From the NCBI GenBank assembly GCA_008632985.1, contig QPGO01000101.1, positions 186,001 to 250,000 of the forward strand: DNA of 64,000 nt. Direction: 5' to 3'. The notes below the pieces were generated by a model, which was given only the letters and a program-made list of their open reading frames with translations, did not search any database and was not told the DNA's origin. This DNA comes from Psammoneis japonica. Its lineage: Eukaryota. Below, in pieces: positions 1 to 12,242 of the stretch (its first letter is position 1; each line of letters begins with the position of its first letter). Position numbers and translations under genes: made by a program.

Positions 1-289
1 CTGCTTCTGTGTGTGTGTGTTGTGGCACTGAAAAAATCCATCATCACGTTGTGTTTTTGCAGCAATGTCCCACAACATGAGCTCACGGTTGAATAATATC
101 AACACAACCTGAATGACGAATGACGAGCGCACGCATGATCATGGCCGGCTCCAATCACCACCACATGATGTGTGTTTTCAACTGCAAATTGTCCAGCGTT
201 GCATGATGCGCATTTACAGCATAATGTGCTGCAGAAAAAGAACAAAAGCACAAGCGTCTCACAATGAGCGACGGCGCCACGCACCTCCC

Positions 290-2195
290 GCTGCCATCAT
301 GCTACCGGCGGACTCAACCGGTCCCGCTGCCTCAACCGGTCCCGCCGGCTGACTGACGGACGCTCGCTAGAATTAGCACGCACGTAGCCCTACGCACAAG
401 CCGCCGCGATGGATGAGTTTGAGAGTGCCGCCACAACGCAATGATAACGCAAAGCGACTTCTTCTCGAAGGACATGCGATACAATCCTACCCTTGAAGAA
501 AGCTAGAATACTAGAAGCTATACAATCATGTCTCTAAAGAACAACAAAATGCCACAAGTCTGTGAGTCATTTCAATGGATTGCTTGTCGTCGTCAACGGA
601 CAACGCCGAAGATGCCGCGATGAGTCGAAAATCACAAAAAAATTGATCTCTTACCTTTTGCGCCAAGTTCTACTCTAGAGTGGCACTGTAGCACTCTAGA
701 GAGTAGTGGCCCTAAACAGAGAGGCCATCCGCACGCACACCCACACCAACTGACTCTGCCAGCGAGAAGAAACAGCACGTTCGCCCCAACTCCATCTGTG
801 CCCTGGTCCAAATTTCATCCATTGCACTTGCACCTCTCTACACCCGACTAGGAACTGAGTGCTCCAGGATCTGATTTCCCCATGTGAGCAAAGAGTGTCA
901 AAAGACATCTGTCATGTAGAACATGGGCCTGGAAATGCCACTGCAAGCTTCAACGGTCAACGACAGTCACACTGGAAAATGACAGGCAAAATGAAAATGT
1001 GAGTGGAACAACGTGCACAATGATGATCCATTGGGGTTACATGTCACAGCATGCTCACTGGGGCACCTTTTAAATGTAGAGCTGAGTCGCCTTGCTGATT
1101 TTTATGCCCCCAAGCAACATCAGCGGTTCGTGGCATCCGCGCATTCAAGAGGAGGCGATGAACCCGCCAACACAAGCCTCAACCTTCCCATTTTACCCAT
1201 TGCAAAGCCTAGAGTCGTAGTTGCACCACAAAGATCTCCCAAAATAACGTGGACAACATTGTGTCTTGGATGATGATGACAACGCGGTTGAAGGGTGGGT
1301 GGAAAGGGTCAAAAAGGACCAGACACCTGTGCGCATGATCGAGACGCACCAAAAAAGGCTCGTGAGTCATGCAAGTTTCGTCAAAACGAGTCCAAAACTC
1401 AATCAATCACAACATGCTCACAGGGTCACCTTCTTTGGACCATGGAAAGGCTGTCTGACAAATGCCAATGTCGTGAGCATCCCCGAGACTCCATCGCATC
1501 GTTTTGTTCCCACGGCATGCACTTTCAAGAAATTGTTGTCGCCGAAAAACGACATGCTGTGATTGCGAGCCGACCAAGACCTTCAAAAACACATCAAGCT
1601 TGTCACAAGTCCAAATGAATGGCAAAAATAGATGCACCAAAAGATGTGGAGTGGGATGAAGCACAAGGCTCCCAAACGGATGTGCTTTTGTGATGACGAC
1701 GACGTGAAAAAGATGCCAACATTGCAGATGCAACAATCGACCGTACGAGACGATGTGTCCTCCTGTGAAGCTGCAACAAAGCACAAACAACATCTTTGGT
1801 GAGTGGACAAACGGCACAAAATGAGAAAACACAGAAAGAACTTGCCACGGCAACGTTGTCGACCATTCAGATGTCACCCGCACCGCGCAGCAATCGAGTC
1901 ACAAGTCGAGGCACGCAACCGTTTGTGCCGTGTGTCGCCATCAAAGCCCCCAGGAAACCAAACCAATGCATCAACCTCTTTGTGACAACAACAGAAAAAG
2001 ATCCCACATGAAAGACACATCGACCCAATGATGCATGCCATGGCGAGATGCATCAAAGTACAACATGCCGTTTTCAATGCAAAATCGGGACCGGTTGAGT
2101 CCAATCGAATCATTCGACTCTCGTGCTTCACCGTGGTGAAATTTCAGTCACGGACGCCGGGACCGGTTGAGTCCTCCGGTGCCGTAGCATGGCGT
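290..2195. mobile_element. Putative non-autonomous DNA element bounded by inverted repeats
   Basis: GGACTCAACCGGTCCCG at 310-326 (partial second copy 331-344); its reverse complement CGGGACCGGTTGAGTCC occurs at 2086-2102 and 2158-2174, with weaker inverted similarity in the flanks. No recognisable transposase; exact ends and TSD not resolved. Confidence 0.4.
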
Positions 2196-3559
2196 TGTGA
2201 TGAATCTTTTTCATGCTGGTCTGTGTTGGTGCGTGCATCCGCCGGCCAGGCTCATGTTGTGCGATCGATCGCGTGATGTGCGATTCACTTCGATGTGAAA
2301 GCACGTTGAATGTTGGCGGGTGCCGAGGCAGGTGTGGTCCTCTCTCAGTGACAGTGTCATTCCCACATGGACACAACACTGAGGGATGTTGTCAGTCTTT
2401 GACTGTCAACAAGCTTGTCTGCTCTGCACATTGCCTGTCAAGATGCTCTTTTGTGTTGTCTTTGTTTGAGCAGCAACTCTCTCCTCTTTGTCATCACTGC
2501 TCAAAGGTTGGGATCGTTGGAATTTTGCTTGCACAAATCGAGACAAATCGCATCACATGCCCCAGCAGGTCTTGAGCCAAATCAAGCAAATTGGGGTCTC
2601 TGCTTCACTCTTGACCAAGTGTTTGCAAACATTGTCATTTGGAGAAGTCGGTCATCTGAGACGAGGCTTGTGTGCTGCATCAAAATCAAAGAGCTTGGCA
2701 TGGTCAAACAACCCATCATTGAGTTTTTTCCACATGACTCCCTCCAGCACGTGCTTCAAGTCTGCCAACAAAACTTTGCAGTCATGTCTGCCATGTTGAT
2801 GACAGAATTTCCACCCATTTGCTTTTCTCATTTCCATCCTCTGATGAGAATCTGCCAAGAAGGCATTGCAAAATTCTCCGCCTTTTTGCAAGACCTTGAG
2901 TTTGCCCAACCGGAACCAAGCTTTTTTCAAATGCTGCTGGAAAAAAAAATTCATTTGACCCTTGGTGTTGAAACATGACATGCTTTTTCCTTGATGCTCC
3001 TCTGCCATCCCCACCCTTCTCCACGCCTCACACCACAATTTGAGCCAACTGACCTTTTGTTCTTTGAGGTCCACAACCTCTGCATTGGAAAGGTCCAATG
3101 TGGCACAAAAGTGTTTCCAAGCCCCATCTTTGCCATTCTTTGATGCTGTGGTCATCCTGCCACTCCTCTCTTTCTCAAGTGACATGACATGAGCAAGAGA
3201 AACGGGGGTGACAGACTGACCACTGAATGGACATTTTGTTCTCAAATGTGTCCCCCTGCAAAAATGGGGTCATGGGCCAGGAGTGACTTGACTGCCGCTG
3301 CTTTGAGCACAAGCAAACAGGTCAAAAAAGAGCACTTGCATGTCCTGGTGTAATTTTGCAAAGCATGGCAAGACTTGGAGAAATCTGTGTGGGAGATCTT
3401 GGTGACCTGCTCTTGGAAACTGTCTTCAATGCAAAACCATCTTTGTGGCTTCTTCCTTTTGGCACCATCTTGAGCCACAGTCTTGGCTTGCTCTTGGGGG
3501 TTCATGGCAGCAAGCTTGGCATTGATGTGCAGGCCACAAACCATGTTTGATTTCAGAAA

Positions 3560-3960
3560 TTTTAGGATCCCCCAAAATCACCAGGGCACTGGGGAGTTGC
3601 GTTGAACTTTTTTGAAAAAACCAGGGAATGAGGGCAATTTGTGGGAAGGAATGCCCAAAAGGACTCAGGGGGGGGGGACAAAAAATGTGTGGATTGTGGC
3701 AATGTGCAGCAATTCTTGGGTGTGCTTTCAGCCCAATGAGCCATCCATGTGGCACAACTGCAGGTGATTGCCATGACTGATGCATTGACACATTGGCACA
3801 AAGTGCCCCCTTGTGGCAGAGCAAGGGAAGAATTGACTTTGCCGCCAAATCCTCAGCCATGTTGACATTGCTCATGTGCAGCTCCTCTGTTTTCACACCT
3901 TGGTCTTTGCTCCAGAGCCCTTGTGGTTTGCATTTGTGATCACAGCACAATTTTGTTGGC
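3560..3960 (+). repeat. Dispersed repeat family A, copy 1
   Basis: Blocks ATGAGGGCAATTT(T)GTGGGAAGGAA, CACAAAGTG.CCCCTTGTGG and AGAGCCCTTGTGGTTTGCATTT recur at 26140-27075 (+) and 59170-59580 (-). Confidence 0.75.
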
Positions 3961-4030
3961 CACACGAGGTTCTGCTTTTGCCTTGGCCTTCACTCCAGAT
4001 GCCCAATGGTTTGAACAATCTGATTCACTC

Positions 4031-4306
4031 TGACAGAAATTGAAGGCAAATGGCAAGAATTCAAACAACAACTCCTTGCTGCTGTCTAAACAGCAGATGA
4101 GTCTCCGCTCAGAGACCGTCACAGGAGCCGAAGGACGTGCAAGTCGGCACAATCGGGCTGCTGTCATCATTCTTGTGAGCCTTGTGGCTCGAAAGCAAAC
4201 TACATCGCACGTGAACGCGCGGAACTAAAGCACACAAAACTGTGCACGGTGAACTAAACAGTGCGCGATGCTTCGCGCGCACCCAAATCCTGTTCAAATC
4301 CTGTCA
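4031..4306 (-). repeat. Copia 3' LTR
   Basis: Matches 11962-12237; preceded on the minus strand by the polypurine tract at 4307-4312. Confidence 0.95.
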
Positions 4307-4960
4307 CTCCCCAGTTTGCTTGAGGAGCCACAGAAACAGATTCGACTTCGGATGGAATGAAGTTCCAGAACATGAGGGGGCGGAGAAGGTCCCAGATTTG
4401 GGAGTGACCCCAATGCTTGCTGAGAATGTCAGCAGGGTTGCGGGAGCCTTCGATGAAGTGGAACTCAAGGTGACCAGAGGCAATTGCCTCACGCACACGG
4501 TGGAACGACAGTGCGGTGTGTCGCTTGTGCAACTTGGAGTGCGGGATGGTGGCACTGTCTACAACCGACTTGTTGTCACCGAACATGTAACTAACGTTAC
4601 GGATCGGGACGCCAAGGTGGCGCAGGGTGATGCGCAGGTCGACAATCTGCTCAACACAAGTCCTTGCGGCAACAAATTCAGACCCGCAGGTCGCAGTCTC
4701 CACGGTGGCTTGTTTCTTAGAGAACCAATCAGCCGGGAATTTGTTGAGGAAGTGGAGCATTCCCATGACAGAGCGTCCGGTGAGCATGCAATGGTGCAAG
4801 TTTGCATCGACGCAGTGGGTGGCAGTGACGAACTTGCCAAGGGGCGGTGGAGCGTCCTTCGGGATCATCTCTTCTGCTTCACCACACACGGAATGCATCC
4901 ATTCACAGGCCGGAGCAGGGAGATCCGAATGGTCAGGCTCTTCCGTGCGAATGCGGAGAG

Positions 4961-5538
4961 CACCGTGTCGCATCTTGGAGAGGCACCCACAGACGCGCTT
5001 GGCACGATCCAAGTGGCCTTGACGGGGCGCAGCTCGGAAGCTAGAGAGTGACATGACGGCCGTGGCAATGTCAATTCGACCAAGGGACACTGCCCATTGG
5101 AGTGAACCAACAAGAGACTGGAACTTGTGAATGCCATCGGGTCCCAGCAGTTCGGAAGTGTCCAGTTTGGGGTGGTCACCCTTCTCTAGAGGTGACAGGG
5201 CGTTGGTGGTGGGTTTCTCCCCAAACAGTCGGGCACAGCTGTCGACCACTCACCGTGTCGCATCTTGGAGAGGCACCCACAGACGCGCTTGGCACGATCC
5301 AAGTGGCCTTGACGGGGTGCAGCTCGGAAGCTAGAGAGTGACATGACGGCCGTGGCAATGTCAATTCGACCAAGGGACACTGCCCATTGGAGTGAACCAA
5401 CAAGAGACTGGAACTTGTGAATGCCATCGGGTCCCAGCAGTTCGGAAGTGTCCAGTTCGGGGTGGTCACCCTTCTCTAGAGGTGACAGGGCGTTGGTGGT
5501 GGGTTTCTCCCCAAACAGTCGGGCACAGCTGTCGACCA
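4961..5538. repeat. Tandem duplication (290-bp period) inside copia RT/RNaseH
   Basis: 4961-5248 repeated at 5251-5538; I see only two C/T differences. Confidence 0.95.
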
Positions 5539-8133
5539 TGCGCTCGATGTACTTGCCGGAGACAGGCACAAGGTTCCGTCGGGTTCCCGGGAAAAGTCGC
5601 AACCCAGATGGAACTCAATGGGTCCCGCACCCTTGAGCTTGAACTTGTGCTTTTCCGTGAGGGTGTCGATGAAAGATTGAGGGTCCTTCATGGCAATGGC
5701 GAGGTCATCCACATAAACGGCAATGTGTTCACAGTGGTCGCCGTTCCTGCGCATCCAAATGTCGGGTTCGGCGCGGCAGGGGAAGAAGCCTTCAGCTCGC
5801 AGGCAGTCGGCGAAGCGCTCATGCCAGCGGAGACCGGAGCTGCGCAGTCCACACAGTGCCTTGTGGATGACAAGGATGTGTCCTTCGAGTTTGCCGAACT
5901 CGGGTCCAGCTACAATGTAAAGCTTCTCCTTGGTGGTGGCTTCAAGGTGGCATTGCCAATGTCGGTGGCCCATGTCTCCAACTCGTTGAGTTCGGCCAGG
6001 AAAATCATCAGCCGAAGGCCACGGAGGGAGACTACTCCGGAGCAGACACTGTCGACAGGTGCATCCGTGAGGTGCCCGTCGGCTACGAGTCGTGCCTTGT
6101 GGCGACCGTCGTGTTTCACGTCGCACACCAGGTGCACTCGGATCTTCTTGTGTCCCGCAGGAGGAGTGGAAGACTTGAAGGGCCCGCAGTCATGGAAGAC
6201 TTCGTATTCGTCGAGTTGGTCCATCTCGAGATTGGTTGCGTCTCCCCACTTGCGGTTGCCGTTGCGTTCGTCTAGTGACATGGCGTGTTTGTAGTTCCGG
6301 GGAACTTCGCATCCACACTTGTGGCGAGGTGCAGTGCGGAAGGAGCGAAGCTTGGCTTGGTTGGCCATGCGAAATGGCTTCTTTTGGCGCCTCGCGATGG
6401 TGCGGAACCGCTTCCAGCCATCCGTGTCGAGGAGTCCGTTCTCTCGTGCATGGATGGCACAGGTGACGGGGTCGTCCTTGGCGATGATGGCAAGAGGCTC
6501 GGACGTGATCTCCTTGCTTTCCCATTCAAGCATGATGTTGTAGCTGGAGCCTTTCCAGGTTGGGTCGTGAGGCTTCAGAGGTCCTTCGTGTGACACGATG
6601 CGTCGAAATTTCCAAACAGTGGTGTCTTCGTCTTCTTGCTCAATGTGATTCATGATGTCATTGCAGGCAAGGACTTCCTCGTATTCGTCATTGTTGACAG
6701 AGCAGACGAACTTAGTGAGCTCGGGATTGCCGTTCACTTTCCATTCGTGGTCTTCGACGGCCTTGACGATGCGAGCTCTGTGGCGTTGTCCATCCTCTTG
6801 TGGCTGCATGAGGAAGGCACGTCCAATGATGTCTTGCGGATCGAAAACTGGCATCTTGGGTGTCCTGATCTCCCCATCAGGAGAGTCGACGGGGTTGTCG
6901 TCATGGCGAGATTTGATGATGGGTTCAGGTGGCTCCCCATCAGGAGGATCAAGACGCAGGTTTCGGATGGCAGGATCGGGGGCAGCGGAGCGGACGTTGG
7001 ACCGGTGGAGGATCTTCTGAGTCTCGTCAGATAGAATCTTGAAGGTCATCTGGTGGCCGACGTGCTCAGCAATGCCAACGAAGCGTCCACGCAACTCACG
7101 GGATTCGGACGGCCAATCGGAGTCATCGAGGTGGAAGCACACGGGTTCCCACCAGTGAAAGCGAAGCAATGGGCTGATGTCCGGGGTGGAGCCAGTGAGA
7201 GTCTCGAGGGGCGTGCACCAGTGGAGACGTGGGGACGCTGTGTGGTTGAGCATGAAGCACACGCACATGAGCGCCAGCAGCCATGCATGGGCGGGCGAAC
7301 CAAAACGATCCATGACAGTGTTCGCCATGCGCTTCACGGTCTGGCATCGACGCTCGGCAAAGTTTTGGTGTTGCTGGTGAGGCTCACTTTGCCAGCTAGA
7401 GATGAAGAGGGCGCGCAGGATCCCGAGCACTTTGTTGCTGATCTCAACTTGAGCACGGTCGCTAATGAGTTTGGATGGGGCACCACGTTCATGGATCTGA
7501 TCCTCGAGTGTGTTGACAAACTCTTTGTCCGTCTCAGTGCCGTAGACGTCAGTGATGGTAGACTCGGTGCCAACAAACAGTTGGGCGCTGGTGCAACCAG
7601 AGTCGACGGCTGGGGTGTCGGCATGAACGGTGTCAGTGGCGACAGGCTCGTTGCGGCGGTGCACATTAAGGGCGGGGTTGGGTGATTTGTGGGCCTTGCG
7701 AAGGTGTGTGCCGGTGGGCATGCGGGCGTACTGCGTGGTGCAGTCAAAAGTACGACGGACCGCATCGGCAGGTAGGAAGCCAAAGCAAGGCCGAAGAGAC
7801 TCGAAGGGGGGGTCCTTGGGCTGTACAGTGCGCTCCGGAGGTGGAACGTCATCGCCCTGGGGGCCAATCGCATGCAGATGACACTCGTAGAACACGTCGT
7901 CGTTCGGAATGAGGTGATCATCGAGGGCGGACGCGTGATCAGCAGACAAGGAAGCGGACATGATGGTCTCGTTGACAACGACACGATGACGGCAGTTGCC
8001 GCATTCGTCAAACAGGTTGGCAGTGGGATCGTCCTGTGGGTCAGAGATCGCGTCGCACCACTGGTCGTCGTCAGTGACAGAGTGATCGAGGACGGAAGGG
8101 TCCCATGTGTCATCACCGGTGAGGATGACATGG

Positions 8134-9753
8134 GGCAGGGTGTCCCATTCGGCGTCAGTGCAAGGTCGCATGGCAACATGAGGCAGGCCAGCCTTGATGT
8201 CAATGGGGATGACACAGCCATCAGGAGTGGCAATGCATTGCAAGCCGTTGGGCACCTTGACAGAGCGATCGTTGACATCCTGTTTGTGCCATTCGAGCTG
8301 GCCGCAGGAATGGATGGTCTTGCCCTTGCCCGTGCATGCGCACTGATGGAGCATGGCGATGACGGGACCACGCTGGGTCTCAACAAGGCGCCAGCGGTGA
8401 CAATGGGGATGTCCACCAATTGATGATCGTCAATGCCCTGAACGTCGACTTGGCGAGAGGTGCGTGCAATGACACGAACGTCGTCGCCAGCAATGCCGCC
8501 GTTGGCCCCACGATCGACTGGAGCGCCAGTGCATGTGGAGCGATGAGCGGAGCAGAGCAAATGACATTGTGGTTGTCACGCGGCGGCAAGTGCGCCGTTG
8601 AGTTCCATGTCATCTGCAGGAGCAGGCGAGGCAGAGGGAGCAGCGGATGGCCCCGGTCGACTGGCATTGGGGGCTTGGTTGGGAGACAACAGACGTTGCA
8701 GATCACCGGGTGGCAGTGGCTTGCGCTTGGTGAGGTGCGCCAGGATGGGATCATCCGAAGTGGCGTCCACATGTGGAGCGGAGTCACCAGAGTCAGCAGG
8801 AGTCGTGTTGGACAAGTTGACATCACCGTCACTCCCAAGGCGTTGGTCGTGAAGGTTGGCCGTAACAGACTCATGGCAGTTGCTGGCTCGCGGGTTGCGG
8901 GGAGGTGGACGAGAATGCTCAAGGATGATCGCCTTGGAGGTCAGGCAGGGTGTCCCATTCGGCGTCAGTGTGAGGTCGCATGGCAACACAAGGCAGGCCA
9001 GCCTTGATGTCAATGGGGATGACACAGCCATCAGGAGTGGCAACACGTTGCAAGCCGTTGGGCACCTTGACAGAGCGATCGTTGACATCCTGTTTGCACC
9101 ATTCGAGCTGGCCGCAGGAATGGATGGTCTTGCCCTTGCCCGTGCATGCGCACTGATGGAGTGTGGCGATGACGGGACCACGCTGGGTCTCAATGACGGC
9201 ACCAGCGGTGACAATGGGGATGTCCACCAATTGATGATCGTCAATGCCCTGAACGTCGACTTGGCGAGAGGTGCGTGCAATGACGCGAACGTCGTCGCCA
9301 GCAATGCCGCCGTTGGCCCCACGATCGACTAGAGCGCCAGTGCGTGTGGAGCGATGAGCAGAAGCAGAGTGAATGACATTGTGGTTGTCAATGCGGCGGC
9401 AAGTGCGACCGTTGAGTTCCATGTCATCTGCAGAAGCTGGCGGGGTAGAGGAAGCGGCGGATGGCCCCGGTCGACTGGCATTGGGGGCTTGGTTAGGAGA
9501 CAACAGACGTTGCAGATCACCGGGTGGCAGTGGCTTGCGCTTGGTGAGGTGCGCCAGGATGGGATTGTCCGAAGTGGCGTCCACATGTGGAGCGGAGTCA
9601 CCAGAGTCAGCAGGAGTCGTGTTGGACAAGTTGACATCACCGTCACTCCCAAGGCGTTGGTCGTGAAGGTTGGCCGTAACAGACTCATGGCAGTTGCTGG
9701 CTCGCGGGTTGCGGGGAGGTGGCGAGAATGCTCAAGGATGATCACCTTGGAGG
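8134..9753. repeat. Tandem duplication (about 810-bp period) covering the copia gag end and protease
   Basis: 8134-8940 repeated at 8944-9753 with many CA/TG differences and a few indels. Confidence 0.95.
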
Positions 9754-11961
9754 AATCGGGCAACGAATCCCAGAGCCGTTGGTGGTCGGGAGGGAGACGT
9801 CTCCATTGGACACCGGTGAGGCTGGGACCGCGGGTGTAGGCAGCATTGGCTTGAAGGACGTCAACGTCGCTGTCAATGTCGTAGAACACATCGTCGGACG
9901 GTTCCTCGGAGCAGACGTCGTGTGCGCACATGGCGCGTCGGGGAGCTCGAGGTGTCGTCTTGGGTTGAAACGTGCTGTCGCACTGAGCTGCCGCGGAGAG
10001 GAGCAAGCCACAGCATTGATCGCATGTGAGGCTCTTGCCACTCTGCATGCGATGCTGATCAGCTTGGTTCTTGACAGCACGGAGTTCCTCGACAGGGTGC
10101 ACGGCATTCTCGAGCATGACGCGCTTCTGTCCTTCAGAGAAGTGGTCACTGGCCGGGATGAGTGCCTTGCACTTGCGCAACTGATCTTGCCAATGAAGGA
10201 TGAACCCGTGGGTCGGACCTTTCCAAGTGCCATCACCAAGACACGCGGTGGTGAGGTGCGTGAGCAGGGTGGAGGACTCGATGGATGCGCGGGTGGAGGC
10301 AAGCGCGCACTCAGACAAGGAGCGGCAGACGGTCTGTGCGTCAGAAGACCCCACATTTTCGCGAATGAGAGCCTTGCCCTTGTCGGTGAGAAGGATGCGT
10401 TCGAAGACGGCGAACATGCACTTTTGCTGTTCAGCAAAGAGCAGTTTGTCTTCGGGGCTGGTCGGTTTGTACGACGAGTCTAGAGTGCACTCAACGTCTT
10501 GGGCACGGGCTTGTGCCACAAGTGAGGTGTGCCAAGTGTGCCACTGCTTGTCGGATTTGAGAGCCGTGAAAGCGGTGGGATCACGCTTGATGCCTCGCTT
10601 GAAGTCCCGCACCGGGTCGCGTGCCTTGGTCGGGTTGGTGACATGTGGAGGTGCAAGGGGTGAGCTGCCGATGGACACAGAAGACATGCAGTCGGGGCTG
10701 AGGCGGAAGGCAAGGAACTCGTCATGCGCAAACAAAGAGGAGTCGTTGGCAACGTCAAGACCTTTGTGTGCTTTGACAATGTACAGACTGACTGGTGCTG
10801 CTAACATGTTCTTATAACCACGGGGCAAAGGGATTGCATCAGTGCCGTTGTCGCACTCAAGCGAGTCGATTTGGGACGGCATGAACGTGAATGGTTCCTG
10901 ATGCGAGTCCGTGCCGTCTTGGGCCAAAGCCAAACGAAGAGGACTCCCAGCACCTTGGGCAGGCACGGTTCCAACCACGTGCTCGAAACCATCGGTTTGT
11001 TGCTGACGAGTGAGAACCATGACAGACAAAGGTGGTGTCAGGACAATCAATTCTGGTTGGGAAGCGAAGGTAGACTCGAAACTTGGGTGAGAACAGACTT
11101 GACTTGAAATGGACTTGACTTGAAATCTTGAACTATCTTAAAATCAGAAGTCGCCGGGCTTTGTCATCCCGTTCGTTGTCAAGTGCTAAACTTCCCATCC
11201 GGTCCGTAGAGTTGTGCCGGCACGTCCGAACCCGCAGCTGGCGGCGCTTTGGGTTGCTTGCAAGCGGAGTAGCGGGTTGTAAACCCCTGCAGGTGAGCTG
11301 ACCAGAGGTGGACAAGACCCCCGAACCGTTCTCATTTTATGTCGGTTGGATTTCCCGATCAGGCTGGCCAGTTGACGTGGGCGTCAGGCGCTGTGGACGA
11401 ACGAACAAACGCGGGAAAGCACCCTCGCCCCAACACAGGCTGTAATCACGGCTGCCTGCTCTCACAGTCGTCCTCGTGGACCTGGCAGAACTGCAGAGCA
11501 CCAGCAGTCCGGGGTAGATCAGGTGCAATGGACTCGGTGTGCTTGTAGAGTGGTGGCAAAACCGCAGTCCGAAGAGTGGACAAAGGTTCTTGGCCGTGAA
11601 GATGTGTGTGCATGTGCACATGTCTTCAGCGACTAAGATCCTTGAATGTGCAGGGTTCTTGACCGTCAACCGAGGAACAGGCATGTCAAGGGATGTTGAT
11701 CAAGGACAGACTTGGATGTGACCGTTGAACACAAGTCTTCAGCGATCAAAGGTGGCACAATCAATCCAGACATCCAGCGGTGAGGAGACTTGACGGTGAT
11801 GTTAACTTCCTGCCGATGCCCTGGCATTGAATGCGCGTAGACTTGCCGATGTATGTAGAATGTATACGGAGGTCCACGTAGAATTGAAATAGCGTCGTTG
11901 GTAAATCAACGACGACGATGGCGGTTGCTCAATGGGTTGACAATGAGCAAGACTGTCAATC

Positions 11962-12237
11962 TGATAGAAATTGAAGGCAAATGGCAAGAATTCAAACAAT
12001 GACTCCTCACTGCTGTCTAAACAGCAGATGAGTCTCCGCTCAGAGACCGTCACAGGAGCCGAAGGACGTGTAAGTCGGTATAATCGGGCTACTGTCATTA
12101 TTCTTGTGAGCCTTGTGGCTCGAAAGCAAACCACATCGCGCGTGAACGCGCGGAACTAAAGCACACAAAACTGTGCACGGTAAACTAAACAGCGCGCGAT
12201 GCTTCGCGCGCACCCAAATCCTGTTCAAATCCTGTCA
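11962..12237 (-). repeat. Copia 5' LTR
   Basis: Matches 4031-4306; retains more TpA than the 3' LTR. Confidence 0.95.
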
Positions 12238-12242
12238 CACTC

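Larger units (their letters stand above)
4330..11020 (-). pseudogene. Copia gag-pol polyprotein, broken by frameshifts, internal duplications and Tyr->Cys/His substitutions
   Basis: gag (FKRGIKRDPTAF), protease (LVDRGANGG), integrase (LISDRAQVE...AERR), RT (DVKHDGRHKARLVA, IAVYVDDL), RNase H (VDANLHH, ETAT[C]GSEFVA, MFGDNKSVV, NPADILSK). Confidence 0.93.
4031..12237 (-). mobile_element. Full-length Ty1/copia LTR retrotransposon (CoDi-like), mutationally inactivated
   Basis: Two 276-bp TG...CA LTRs, 5-bp TSD CACTC (4026-4030 and 12238-12242), PPT GGGGAG on the minus strand, and copia domain order gag-PR-IN-RT-RNaseH. Confidence 0.97.

Noticed and set aside
2415..3544. Possible decayed recombinase or transposase ORFs on the minus strand
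   Set aside because: No catalytic motif recognisable even after mental TA restoration.
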